Virus record (IMG/VR): IMGVR_UViG_3300014208_000026
Coordinates: 1 to 64,000 of that record
Reading direction: 5' to 3' (one strand)
From: a virus
Taxonomy: Duplodnaviria > Caudoviricetes
DNA: 64,000 nucleotides
A program made the translations under genes and the position numbers. Below, piece after piece: positions 35,339 through 44,362 of the stretch; the stretch's first letter is position 1; each line of letters starts with the position of its first letter. Under the pieces are notes generated by a model. It was not told the DNA's origin. It saw nothing but the letters and a program-made list of their open reading frames with translations, and made no database searches.

Positions 35339-35995
35339 ATGCCACGACTCAGTTCTCTCCTCTACTATGGTCCAGGTGCCAGGGACAAGGCCATCGAAGA
35401 AGCCCTGTCGAGAGGCAGGCTCCTGTGCCCCCCGATCGGGGATCAAGGACTAAAGGTGGATGATGCGAGAGCCGTCGCAGAACTCCTGCAAGGCTCCGCT
35501 GTAGGGGATGCTCTCGGGGCTGTAGTGATCGGCCCTATGGACTGGGCCTCCAAAGAAGCACCTGACGTATTGCTGAAGTCTATAGAAGACACCTCAGAGT
35601 GGGTCTACCCCGTCCTGTGGGCTTTCGACATCGGAGAGGTAAGGGATACCATTATCTCCCGCTGTCTGGCCCACTGGGCCCCCGCAGAAGACGGTAAATG
35701 GGATCTGAACCAAAGGTCGGAACGGGTTGCTAACACCCTGTTGGAGTCCATCAAGGATAACGACACCATGACCGTCCTGACGATCGTCCGGGATCTCATG
35801 AAGAAAGACGCCAAGGATAAAGAACGGGAAGAGGACCACGATATCGGGGTCGAGCTGCTGGTCTCCCTGGTTCAAAGGTTGGACCCCGAGCGTACTGAGG
35901 ACTTGGAACTCTGGTTGCGGATTCGGAGGGCTATGAGGGTGTCTCACCCCTCCCCTGCCGAGATCCTAGATGCTCTCCTACCTGCGGTTAAATAG
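35339..35995 (+). CDS. holB: DNA Pol III delta'-like clamp-loader subunit (short)
   Basis: LKVDDAR, LLKSIED and TIISRC; no functional Walker A. Confidence 0.7.
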   Translation: MPRLSSLLYYGPGARDKAIEEALSRGRLLCPPIGDQGLKVDDARAVAELLQGSAVGDALGAVVIGPMDWASKEAPDVLLKSIEDTSEWVYPVLWAFDIGEVRDTIISRCLAHWAPAEDGKWDLNQRSERVANTLLESIKDNDTMTVLTIVRDLMKKDAKDKEREEDHDIGVELLVSLVQRLDPERTEDLELWLRIRRAMRVSHPSPAEILDALLPAVK

Positions 35996-36007
35996 TGAGG
36001 TCACTCC

Positions 36008-37003
36008 ATGGCTAAGTCCCTCCAGATTTTCTACGGGTCGAACACCTACCTGCGGGATCGGAACTGCCGAGAGGCTTTGTTCAAGGCCAGGAAGGCAGGC
36101 TATGAGGTGAACGAGGTAGCTGGGGATGATGTGATCGGGTTGGCGGCTCAACTCTCGGGCATTTCCGATCTCTTCGGGACGGGAAAGCCAAAGAAGAAGC
36201 TGGTCTATATTAACGACGAGGATAGCAAGCTGCTTTTAGCTCCTGTGAAGCGGTACCTGGAGGATGACACCACGACCGGTTTCATGCTCATTAAAGGCCC
36301 TGCGAAGCCGAAGGCCAAGTCGGGTTTGGCTCAGTTGATCCTGGAGCACCCCAAGCAGGCTCGGGAGTTTGTTGCCCCTCCTCCCTATAAGGCGGAGGAT
36401 GAAGCCATTCAGTTCAGCATCCATGAAGCCGGACTCCATTCCAAGAACATGACCCAGAAGACGGCGGCGGCTTTGGTCAAGGTGATCGGCACCGACCTGG
36501 TGATGCTCGCCTTTGAGATCATGAAGGCCAGCCTGTACCTGGATTCCCTCGGGGACAAGAACGAGATCACGGTCGAGTCCCTCCGGAAGACCTGGGCCCC
36601 GTTCGCTGAGGTAGAGGTGTTCCCGCTGGCGAATGCCCTCATCGACAAGGGAGCTAAGGAAGTTGCTCTCCTCCTGCGACGCATCGAAGACACTCACTCG
36701 GAGGATGCAAGCGGTCGGACCATCAAGGTGTGTAGACAGGTTGGGTCGAACATCATGACCTGGATGTCCATCCTCCACCTGCATGAACTGGGGGTTCGTC
36801 CGAAGGACGCCGCCGAGCGGATGGGGATGAACGCCTACCGCTATGAAAAAATTCTCCTGCCTGAAGCCAAGAAGGCCGGGAAAGTTTTTCTTCGAAAAGT
36901 CCTCGGGGTGCTTGCAGAATCCGAGAAAGGGGTCCGGAGAGGCGAGTTGAACCCCTGGATCGGACTGCAAACGCGCATCCTTCGGATGTTACTGAGAGAT
37001 TGA
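36008..37003 (+). CDS. holA: DNA Pol III delta-like clamp-loader subunit
   Basis: GTDLVMLAFEIMKASLY, VFPLANAL and ESEKGVRRG; typical size. Confidence 0.72.
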   Translation: MAKSLQIFYGSNTYLRDRNCREALFKARKAGYEVNEVAGDDVIGLAAQLSGISDLFGTGKPKKKLVYINDEDSKLLLAPVKRYLEDDTTTGFMLIKGPAKPKAKSGLAQLILEHPKQAREFVAPPPYKAEDEAIQFSIHEAGLHSKNMTQKTAAALVKVIGTDLVMLAFEIMKASLYLDSLGDKNEITVESLRKTWAPFAEVEVFPLANALIDKGAKEVALLLRRIEDTHSEDASGRTIKVCRQVGSNIMTWMSILHLHELGVRPKDAAERMGMNAYRYEKILLPEAKKAGKVFLRKVLGVLAESEKGVRRGELNPWIGLQTRILRMLLRD

Positions 37004-37140
37004 GATTCTGGAGGTAAAAAGCCTTGTTTTGCCAGGGCTCGTAGAGGCCGGGGCGGTACAGTAATAAGGCTATCGCGCTCGCTTAGAGGGTCGGATGTTT
37101 GTGGCCGACCCTCCCTGTCATAACCGCTTCGGAGCAAAGC

Positions 37141-40100
37141 ATGTTTGTCGGCGCCCAGCAGGATCGAAAAGTTCGCATCTTCTCCCTCAAGCCCGAGTTT
37201 GTTGCTCAGTACAAGGACAAGCAGCCGCCTTGGGGTCCTTTGGGATATTTCGTGTATAAGAGGACCTACAGTAGGCCTTTGTTTGCTAATAATCCTGATG
37301 GACCAACAGAAGAGTGGTATCAGACCTGTCAGAGAGTTGTAGAGGGTGTTTACAACATTCAGAAGCATCACTGTAGGGGCATGGGTCTGGAGTGGAAAGA
37401 AGAGAAGGCTCAGATTTCAGCCAAAGAGATGTATGACCGTATGTTCAACTTCAAGTTCCTTCCCCCTGGACGCGGTTTGTGGTCCATGGGTACGGATGCA
37501 GTAATGATCAAGGGCGGGGCAATTTTGAACAATTGTTTCGCAGGAGAGACAGAGATCCTCACTGCCGATGGGGTGAAGAAGATCAGAGACGTCGCTGGAA
37601 CCATACAGACTCTTCTGGTCCATGACGGGACGTGGGCCGAAGCCCCTGTCCGGTCGTTCGGTATTCAGAAGCTGGTCAAACTTACCGTGGAGAGAGGGGG
37701 GGCCTATAAGACTGTTTTCTGTACTGCGAATCATCGGTGGTTAGTGAGTGTTGATCCCACCTACCCAATCTGCAACATTAGTCATTATGGGTCGCCTGTG
37801 GTACTGAATGGTATTGAGGCACGAGAGGTTGAGACCACGCTGCTTGCCGAAGGGGTTCCTCTTTACAGCGTACTCCCCGGAGTTGGGGTAGGGCCTGACG
37901 TTGAACCTTGGTTCGTAGTCAGTGTAAAGGAAACGGGTCGCGAAGAAGAAGTGTTCTGCGCTACCGTCCCTCAGTACGGAAACTTCACTCTGGCAGATGG
38001 TTTACTCACGGGAAATTGCGGGTTCACGTCGACCGAAAACATCAAAGAAGACTTTGCCGATCCTTTCACGTTTCTGATGGATATGTCGATGCTGGGCGTC
38101 GGAGTCGGCGGGGATATGCTCGGGGCAGGGAAGGTGAAGATCCTTACCCCCAGGATCAAGGACGAGACTTTCGTAGTGGAGGACAGTCGCGAAGGCTGGG
38201 TCGAGCTGGTCGGGACGGTGTTGAACAGCTTTGTCCACAAGGGCTACATGCCTGCCAACATCGACTACACGAAGGTTCGTCCTCGTGGGGCGCCGCTCAA
38301 GGGCTTCGGTGGAACCGCTTCGGGTCCGGGGCCTTTGATGGATCTCATTGACAGTATTAAGAAGGTTCTCACGCCTCCGGAAGGTGTGGAGTCCTATTGG
38401 ATCACCTCACGACACATTTCAGATATCATCAACATGATTGGGCGGTGTGTTGTAGCTGGCGGGATCCGCAGAAGTTCCACTATTTTGTTCGGGGATCCTG
38501 CCGACGAAGAGTTCCAGAATCTCAAGGACCCGACTGAGCGCGATGCTCTTCGACGGGAATTGACCCTTCTGCGTGAGACGGAAGCAAGCAAAGTCCCCTC
38601 CGTGCGAAGTCTGCGGGACTCTATCGAGACGCTGGCGGCACAAGAGCGGAACGCTTGGTTCCTGCCGCTTCAGGAAGAAGTCCAGAAGTGCATGGAGGGA
38701 GGGAACCATACAAAGGCAACCGAACTCCTGAAGAAGAAGCAGCCGGAAGAGACTGTTCGGCTGCGGGAGTTGCGGGCGGAACTGAAGCGTCTCGTGAAGG
38801 AAGAATCGGATAAATCAACTTCCGTTCAGGAACTTGAGGGGAGGTTGTACTCTCTCCCCCTGGAGGCGTGGCGTTGGTCGAGTAACAACAGCCTCGTGGC
38901 TACTGTGGGAATGGACTACACGAAGGCGGCAGAGTCCATCGCTAAGAACGGAGAGCCTGGACTGTTCTGGTTGGACAACGCTCGGGCTTTCTCTCGCATG
39001 GGTCGAAAGCCCGACTGGAAGGACAAGCGGGCCAAGGGTTGCAATCCCTGTTTTGCTGGGGACACCTTGATTGCTGTCGCGGATGGTCGAGGGGCTGTTC
39101 CTATCAAGGATTTGGCAGAGACTGGAAACGACGTTCCGGTCTATGCTATGAATCCTGAGACTGGAGAGGTGGCTGTTCAGCGTGCGTGGCGTCCCAGGAA
39201 GACTCGTTCGGGTGCAGAACTTCTGGAGATCCAGTTCGAGGGAGGCGGATCTCTGCGGGTTACCCCCGATCACGGGATGCTCACTATGGACGGGAGGAAG
39301 ATTCCGGCCAGTGAGATCCGGCAGGGGTTCATGGTTCCGTATTCCCAGGAAGACCTTCGTGTAGAGCACCCTTTTGAGACTTTCGAGTGCGACAGTGTTG
39401 TCAAGCCCTGTGAAGTGTGCGGGAGAGCCCTGGAGGTTCCTTTTGGCCGTCGTGAGGAGTCTTGTTGTTCCCCTGAGTGTTTCGACAAGCTGGCCGCTCG
39501 GGAACAGCAGGGGAAGGTGTGGGGTGAGGGGGTAGAGGCACGCAGGGTGTCCGCTGTAGTGAAAGTCCGAGAGTTGGAGGATGTGTACAATCTGACTGTC
39601 AAAGACTTTCATACTGTGGGCATTGCTCTAGACAACAATGTTAGTTGTTGTTCTATTGTTTTTACGGAAAATTGCAGCGAGCAAACGCTGAACTCGATGG
39701 AATTATGTACCCTTGTTGAGACTTTCCCTGCTAACCATGATTCTTTTGATGACTTTGCCAAGACATTGAAGTTCGCATATCTCTATGCAAAGACCGTAAC
39801 TCTTGTCATGACACACAATCAAAAGACGAACAATGTTATGGCTCACAACCGTCGTATTGGTTGTTCGATGTCTGGCATTGTGCAGGCCGTGCATAAGCAT
39901 GGGCGTTCGGAGTTTAGAAATTGGTGTAAGGAAGGCTATAAGGAACTGTTGAGGTGGGACGAAACATATAGTGAATGGCTTGGAATACCTAAAAGCATAA
40001 AGATAACGTCTGTCAAACCCTCGGGCACAGTTTCGCTGCTCTGCAATGCTACTCCTGGTATCCATTTCCCCCACAGTCAGTTCTACATTCGTAATATCCG

Positions 40101-41970
40101 TGTACAGAATACCTCTCCCCTGGTTCAACTGTACAGGGATGCGGGCTATCCTGTCGAGAAGGACCGCGGGGCTCCGGACACCAGCGTGATTTCTTTCCCT
40201 GTGGAGGAGCCGAACTTCTGGAAGTCCAAGTCCGACGTTTCTATGTGGGAGCAACTGGCTCTGGTTGAGGACCTTCAGTGGTATTGGGCCGATAATCAGG
40301 TGTCCTGTCTGACAGGGAGCACCCTGGTTAGAACTAGCCAGGGTTGGCTCAGGATGTCCGAGTTGTCTAATTCTATGTTTGGGGAGGACCGCCCAGTTGG
40401 GGCTTATCCTTACTCGGGACCCTTGCAAGCACTCAACGCCGACAATGAGTGGTCTCCGATTTCCGCTCTGGTAGTGAATGAGCCTAAGCCTTTGGTGCGG
40501 GTGGTATGTGAAGGGGGGCAGATTCTTACCGGTACTCCTGAGCACCAGCTTCGGGTGATCGGTCCGGATTTGGAATTTCAGTGGAAGCCTTTGAGTGAGA
40601 TAGGGGTTAACGACTATCTCGTAGAGGTGATCAACCATAAGGGTTACAACTCCACGAACCAGATCGTTCAGCGTAGGTTAGAGAAGTTCCAGTTCTCCGG
40701 AAGGTCGGATGCAGACCGTAATTTCAAGGCTCCTACGTGCATGACAAGAGAATTGGGTGAGCTTTTGGGCTTCATAGTCTCTGATGGGCATATTCACCTA
40801 AGCACAGACCAGGGATTCGGTCTGACTCAGAGATCTTCTGCGACTGCTGTTGTAGACAGGTTTCACGAAATAGTTCCTGAGTTGTTCGGTTCAAAGGTCT
40901 GTACAATTGTTAATGCCCGATTTAACAAGGAGGACCCCGTTCTGTCTCTCGCTGTTAATTCTAAAAAGGGAGCTTTGTGGTTAAGGTGGTTGGGTGTATA
41001 CGACGAGAAAAAGCTGAAACGAGTGCCTTGGCCTGTTATGATGGCTGGAGAAGGGGTTATTAAGGCTTTTTTGCGCGGGGTTACCCTTGACGGGCATTTC
41101 TCTAATACTAATGGGCGTATTTACGTCATGACAACTAACTCTTATAAATTAGCGGAAGAATTGTGTGTGTTACTTAAGCATGTAGGTTTTCAGCCAGCTC
41201 TTTTACCAGCACAGGGCACTGATCACACCATGAAGTCTCCTTATAACGGTAAGGTTTACAACTGTGACCCCACTTGGACTGTCTCTCTGTCTACTGCACA
41301 GTCTGCCCGTTTCATGAGAATGATCGGTTTCGCTGAGGATCACAAGAATGAGGCTTATGCGGAACGCGGGGATAAGCATCGGCACAATCTGTTTGGTGGA
41401 GTTCCCGATTTTGGTCTCAGGGACCGGATGCGGACTCTTGAACATCGGTGTCAGAGTCGTTTCTTGAATGACCATTGGCACGGGGCTTCTTGTCATCCTG
41501 ATAAGGAAGTTTCGAGGGAAACCCTTCTTCAAATGAGGGATATGGGAGAAAGCATTCCGGAGAAACTGCTTCAGGACGATTTTGTGTTCCGTCGTGTTCT
41601 TGCGGTGGAGCCTGCAGAACCCGAAGTGACGTATGATCTCACTGTGACAAATGGGCACAGCTATATTGCGAATGGTTTTGCCTCGCACAACTGCACTGTA
41701 ACTTTCAAACCCGAGGAAGCCAAGGACATCAAGTCGGCTCTCGAAACCTACGAAACCCGTTTGAAGTCCGTGTCTTTCCTGCCTCTCAGGGACCACGGCT
41801 ACGACCAAGCCCCCTACATCGAGATCGACGAGGCTACCTACCGCCAGATGGTGGCTGCAATCAGCCCTGTCGACCTCTCTGTACTTGGCCATGACCAGGA
41901 GGATAAGGGGTGTGACGGGGAAGCTTGCCTCATCAAAGCCCAGGCTATGGCCGCTGAGCAGTCTGCTTAG
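37141..41970 (+). CDS. nrdJ: class II (B12-dependent) ribonucleotide reductase with three inteins
   Basis: FLPPGRGLW, N|CGF, GGIRRS, GEPG, NP|CSEQ, VKPSGTVS and C-terminal GCDGEAC. Confidence 0.92.
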   Translation: MFVGAQQDRKVRIFSLKPEFVAQYKDKQPPWGPLGYFVYKRTYSRPLFANNPDGPTEEWYQTCQRVVEGVYNIQKHHCRGMGLEWKEEKAQISAKEMYDRMFNFKFLPPGRGLWSMGTDAVMIKGGAILNNCFAGETEILTADGVKKIRDVAGTIQTLLVHDGTWAEAPVRSFGIQKLVKLTVERGGAYKTVFCTANHRWLVSVDPTYPICNISHYGSPVVLNGIEAREVETTLLAEGVPLYSVLPGVGVGPDVEPWFVVSVKETGREEEVFCATVPQYGNFTLADGLLTGNCGFTSTENIKEDFADPFTFLMDMSMLGVGVGGDMLGAGKVKILTPRIKDETFVVEDSREGWVELVGTVLNSFVHKGYMPANIDYTKVRPRGAPLKGFGGTASGPGPLMDLIDSIKKVLTPPEGVESYWITSRHISDIINMIGRCVVAGGIRRSSTILFGDPADEEFQNLKDPTERDALRRELTLLRETEASKVPSVRSLRDSIETLAAQERNAWFLPLQEEVQKCMEGGNHTKATELLKKKQPEETVRLRELRAELKRLVKEESDKSTSVQELEGRLYSLPLEAWRWSSNNSLVATVGMDYTKAAESIAKNGEPGLFWLDNARAFSRMGRKPDWKDKRAKGCNPCFAGDTLIAVADGRGAVPIKDLAETGNDVPVYAMNPETGEVAVQRAWRPRKTRSGAELLEIQFEGGGSLRVTPDHGMLTMDGRKIPASEIRQGFMVPYSQEDLRVEHPFETFECDSVVKPCEVCGRALEVPFGRREESCCSPECFDKLAAREQQGKVWGEGVEARRVSAVVKVRELEDVYNLTVKDFHTVGIALDNNVSCCSIVFTENCSEQTLNSMELCTLVETFPANHDSFDDFAKTLKFAYLYAKTVTLVMTHNQKTNNVMAHNRRIGCSMSGIVQAVHKHGRSEFRNWCKEGYKELLRWDETYSEWLGIPKSIKITSVKPSGTVSLLCNATPGIHFPHSQFYIRNIRVQNTSPLVQLYRDAGYPVEKDRGAPDTSVISFPVEEPNFWKSKSDVSMWEQLALVEDLQWYWADNQVSCLTGSTLVRTSQGWLRMSELSNSMFGEDRPVGAYPYSGPLQALNADNEWSPISALVVNEPKPLVRVVCEGGQILTGTPEHQLRVIGPDLEFQWKPLSEIGVNDYLVEVINHKGYNSTNQIVQRRLEKFQFSGRSDADRNFKAPTCMTRELGELLGFIVSDGHIHLSTDQGFGLTQRSSATAVVDRFHEIVPELFGSKVCTIVNARFNKEDPVLSLAVNSKKGALWLRWLGVYDEKKLKRVPWPVMMAGEGVIKAFLRGVTLDGHFSNTNGRIYVMTTNSYKLAEELCVLLKHVGFQPALLPAQGTDHTMKSPYNGKVYNCDPTWTVSLSTAQSARFMRMIGFAEDHKNEAYAERGDKHRHNLFGGVPDFGLRDRMRTLEHRCQSRFLNDHWHGASCHPDKEVSRETLLQMRDMGESIPEKLLQDDFVFRRVLAVEPAEPEVTYDLTVTNGHSYIANGFASHNCTVTFKPEEAKDIKSALETYETRLKSVSFLPLRDHGYDQAPYIEIDEATYRQMVAAISPVDLSVLGHDQEDKGCDGEACLIKAQAMAAEQSA
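37534..38016 (+). mobile_element. mini-intein 1 in nrdJ, 161 aa
   Basis: CFAGETEIL ... GLLTGN before C. Confidence 0.88.
39049..39672 (+). mobile_element. mini-intein 2 in nrdJ, 208 aa, with internal Cys-rich domain
   Basis: CFAGDTLI, VTPDH ... VFTEN before C of NPC. Confidence 0.88.
40306..41691 (+). mobile_element. intein 3 in nrdJ with LAGLIDADG endonuclease, 462 aa
   Basis: CLTGSTLV, GTPEH, LLGFIVSDG, FLRGVTLDG ... FASHN before C. Confidence 0.92.
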
Positions 41971-41977
41971 AAGCCCA

Positions 41978-41988
41978 GATCGGGTATA
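41978..41988 (+). promoter_or_regulatory. class II motif GATCGGGTATA
   Basis: Upstream of recD2. Confidence 0.65.
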
Positions 41989-42019
41989 TAGACGCACGAC
42001 CTTTTGACAGAGGGCCTTT

Positions 42020-44362
42020 GTGACCTCCCCTACTCCTACCTACTACTCCGGCAGAATTAACACCGTCCTCTTCTCCAATCCGGCGAAGTCCTTCTACGTG
42101 TTCAAGATGATGCCTGATGGCCGCTCGGAAACCGTGGCAGTCAGGGGTCAAGTGGTTGGCCTGGATATTGAAGTTGGCACGTGGTTTGGTTTCGAGGCTC
42201 ACTGGGAGAACCACCCCAAGCACGGGCGCCAGTTGGTTATCGACAAAGCCCCCGTGTTCAAGAACGGGTGGGACGCGGACACGGTAGTCCAGTTGTTGAT
42301 TTCCAGTGGGGTAGGGGAGGGCGTGGCTCATTCCCTCAAGAAGACTTTTGGATCTAACCTCCCCCAGGCACTCCTGGATGCTGAAACCCTACAGTCCAGC
42401 CCTGGCATTTCGAAGTTCACGGCTCAGCTTATCTCGTCCAAGTGGGATTCCATCCGAGCCTATCACGAGACCTTGAACTTCCTTCTCAAGATCGGCGTCC
42501 CCCAGGGGCAGATTCGTTCCCTGTGGTCCATGTACCGAGAGAAAGCGGAAGAGGTGATGAGTCGCAATCCGTGGGCTCTCACCCGCATTGACGGGATCAG
42601 TTTCGAAGTAGCTGACGAGATTGCCAGTCGTTTGAATATCCCCCTCGACTGTCCTGAGAGAGTTCAGGGAGCGGTGCTCTACGTAAACCGGTCCCAGAAG
42701 GAGTCTGGTCACCTCTATTTGAGTTCGGGAGATATCCTGAATGCCGTACGGAGGTATATCCCTGGAGTGACCCCGAAGGCAATCGGTGAGGCTCTGGTTA
42801 CTGCGAGTAAGGAGAAGTTGTTGGTACTCGACCGAGAAACCCGTCCTGGGTTGACGGCTGTATACGAGCCTTGGGGGTACAGGGTAGAGAATGAGTGCGC
42901 CCGTCTCCTGCATGACCGCGTTCGAACTGCGGGGGTCGGGGATCCTGTAGCCTATGCGGAGGCCCTCACCTCTTTGGGGGTTGTAGTTGAGCGGAAGTCG
43001 GAAGATACCTTGAAGCAAACGGTCGACAAGGTTGTAGATGGTTGGGGGAAGGTGTTGGGGTTGCAGCTTTCCCCCGACCAGATTCGAGGGGTAAGAAACG
43101 CCCTGATTGAGCCCGTGTCGATTATCAACGGTCTGCCCGGGACAGGAAAGACGGCTTCTCTGAAAGTCGTCGTCAAGATCCTTCAGGCTATCGGGGAGCC
43201 TTACCTACTCGTTGCACCTACGGGGATTGCAGCGAAGAGGTTGGAGGCTTTGACAGGCGCCAAGGCTGCTACGATCCATCGGGCGTTCGGGGCCCAGAAC
43301 GTCAGTTCGGATGAAGGAAGAGAAGCCACGTACGAGGGCATTGTTGGAACGGGGACCGGAGCCAAGACGGACGCGGAGGGGGAAGTTTGGGAGTACGGGG
43401 ACGGAAACACACATACTGCCAGGGTTATAGTCGGAGATGAGTTCAGCATGGCAGACCAGCACCTTCTGTACCGTATTTTATCATGTACTTCCGATAAATG
43501 CCGTTTGGTGTTTGTTGGAGATGCAGCGCAGCTTCCGAGTGTTGGCCCGGGGAATGTACTGAGGGATTTGGCTGGAAGCCAGAAGTTCCCTGTGGTGGCC
43601 CTCACCCAGATTTTCCGACAGGACCACACGAGCGGGATTGTTCCGGCGGCTCATGCGATCGTCCACGGAGAATTCCCCAAGACGGGTTGCGGAGCAGAAG
43701 ATGATTTTGTGTTGTTGGAGCGTGAGGGTGAGGCGGAGGTTTACAACACGATCCTGGGTTTGGCGGATCGGATGTACCGGCAGAGGATTCAGTTTCAGAT
43801 TCTCAGCCCGAAGCATGATGGGCCGGTAGGAGTCACGGCGTTGAATGCGGGGCTGAGGGAACTGCTCAATCCCGCAGCCGAAGGGCTCTTGGAAACTCGC
43901 ATGGGGCGGAACATCGTGCGGGAAGGGGACCGCGTCATGGTCGTCAAGAACAACTACAAGCTGGGGGTCTATAACGGGGACATCGGGAAGGTGAACCGCA
44001 TCAACCGGAAGACCGAGGAGATCGAAGTCAAGATTTTCGGGAATCCGGTACTATTTGTACCATTTAAGTTCAGTGAGTTTGCTGTTTATGTACGAATGGC
44101 GTTTGCCTGCAGCATTCATAAGAGCCAATCGCAGGAATTTGATAGGGTGATTGTACCTCTGGTCGACTCATTCAAGCACCAGCTACAGAGAAACCTGCTT
44201 TATACGGCGGTTACGCGAGCCAAGAAGAAGGTTTACCTTGTGGGGACGAAGACCGCTCTGGCTCGGGCCGTGGAGAATGACCGCGAGGATCGGCGGAACA
44301 CCTTGTTTCGGGATCGTTTGGAGAAAGCTTTCCAGAAGGGAACCGACAAAGATGAAGCCTGA
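42020..44362 (+). CDS. recD2: RecD2-like SF1B helicase
   Basis: HhH region, GLPGTGKT, DEFSM, GDAAQLPSV and HKSQSQEF. Confidence 0.9.
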   Translation: MTSPTPTYYSGRINTVLFSNPAKSFYVFKMMPDGRSETVAVRGQVVGLDIEVGTWFGFEAHWENHPKHGRQLVIDKAPVFKNGWDADTVVQLLISSGVGEGVAHSLKKTFGSNLPQALLDAETLQSSPGISKFTAQLISSKWDSIRAYHETLNFLLKIGVPQGQIRSLWSMYREKAEEVMSRNPWALTRIDGISFEVADEIASRLNIPLDCPERVQGAVLYVNRSQKESGHLYLSSGDILNAVRRYIPGVTPKAIGEALVTASKEKLLVLDRETRPGLTAVYEPWGYRVENECARLLHDRVRTAGVGDPVAYAEALTSLGVVVERKSEDTLKQTVDKVVDGWGKVLGLQLSPDQIRGVRNALIEPVSIINGLPGTGKTASLKVVVKILQAIGEPYLLVAPTGIAAKRLEALTGAKAATIHRAFGAQNVSSDEGREATYEGIVGTGTGAKTDAEGEVWEYGDGNTHTARVIVGDEFSMADQHLLYRILSCTSDKCRLVFVGDAAQLPSVGPGNVLRDLAGSQKFPVVALTQIFRQDHTSGIVPAAHAIVHGEFPKTGCGAEDDFVLLEREGEAEVYNTILGLADRMYRQRIQFQILSPKHDGPVGVTALNAGLRELLNPAAEGLLETRMGRNIVREGDRVMVVKNNYKLGVYNGDIGKVNRINRKTEEIEVKIFGNPVLFVPFKFSEFAVYVRMAFACSIHKSQSQEFDRVIVPLVDSFKHQLQRNLLYTAVTRAKKKVYLVGTKTALARAVENDREDRRNTLFRDRLEKAFQKGTDKDEA

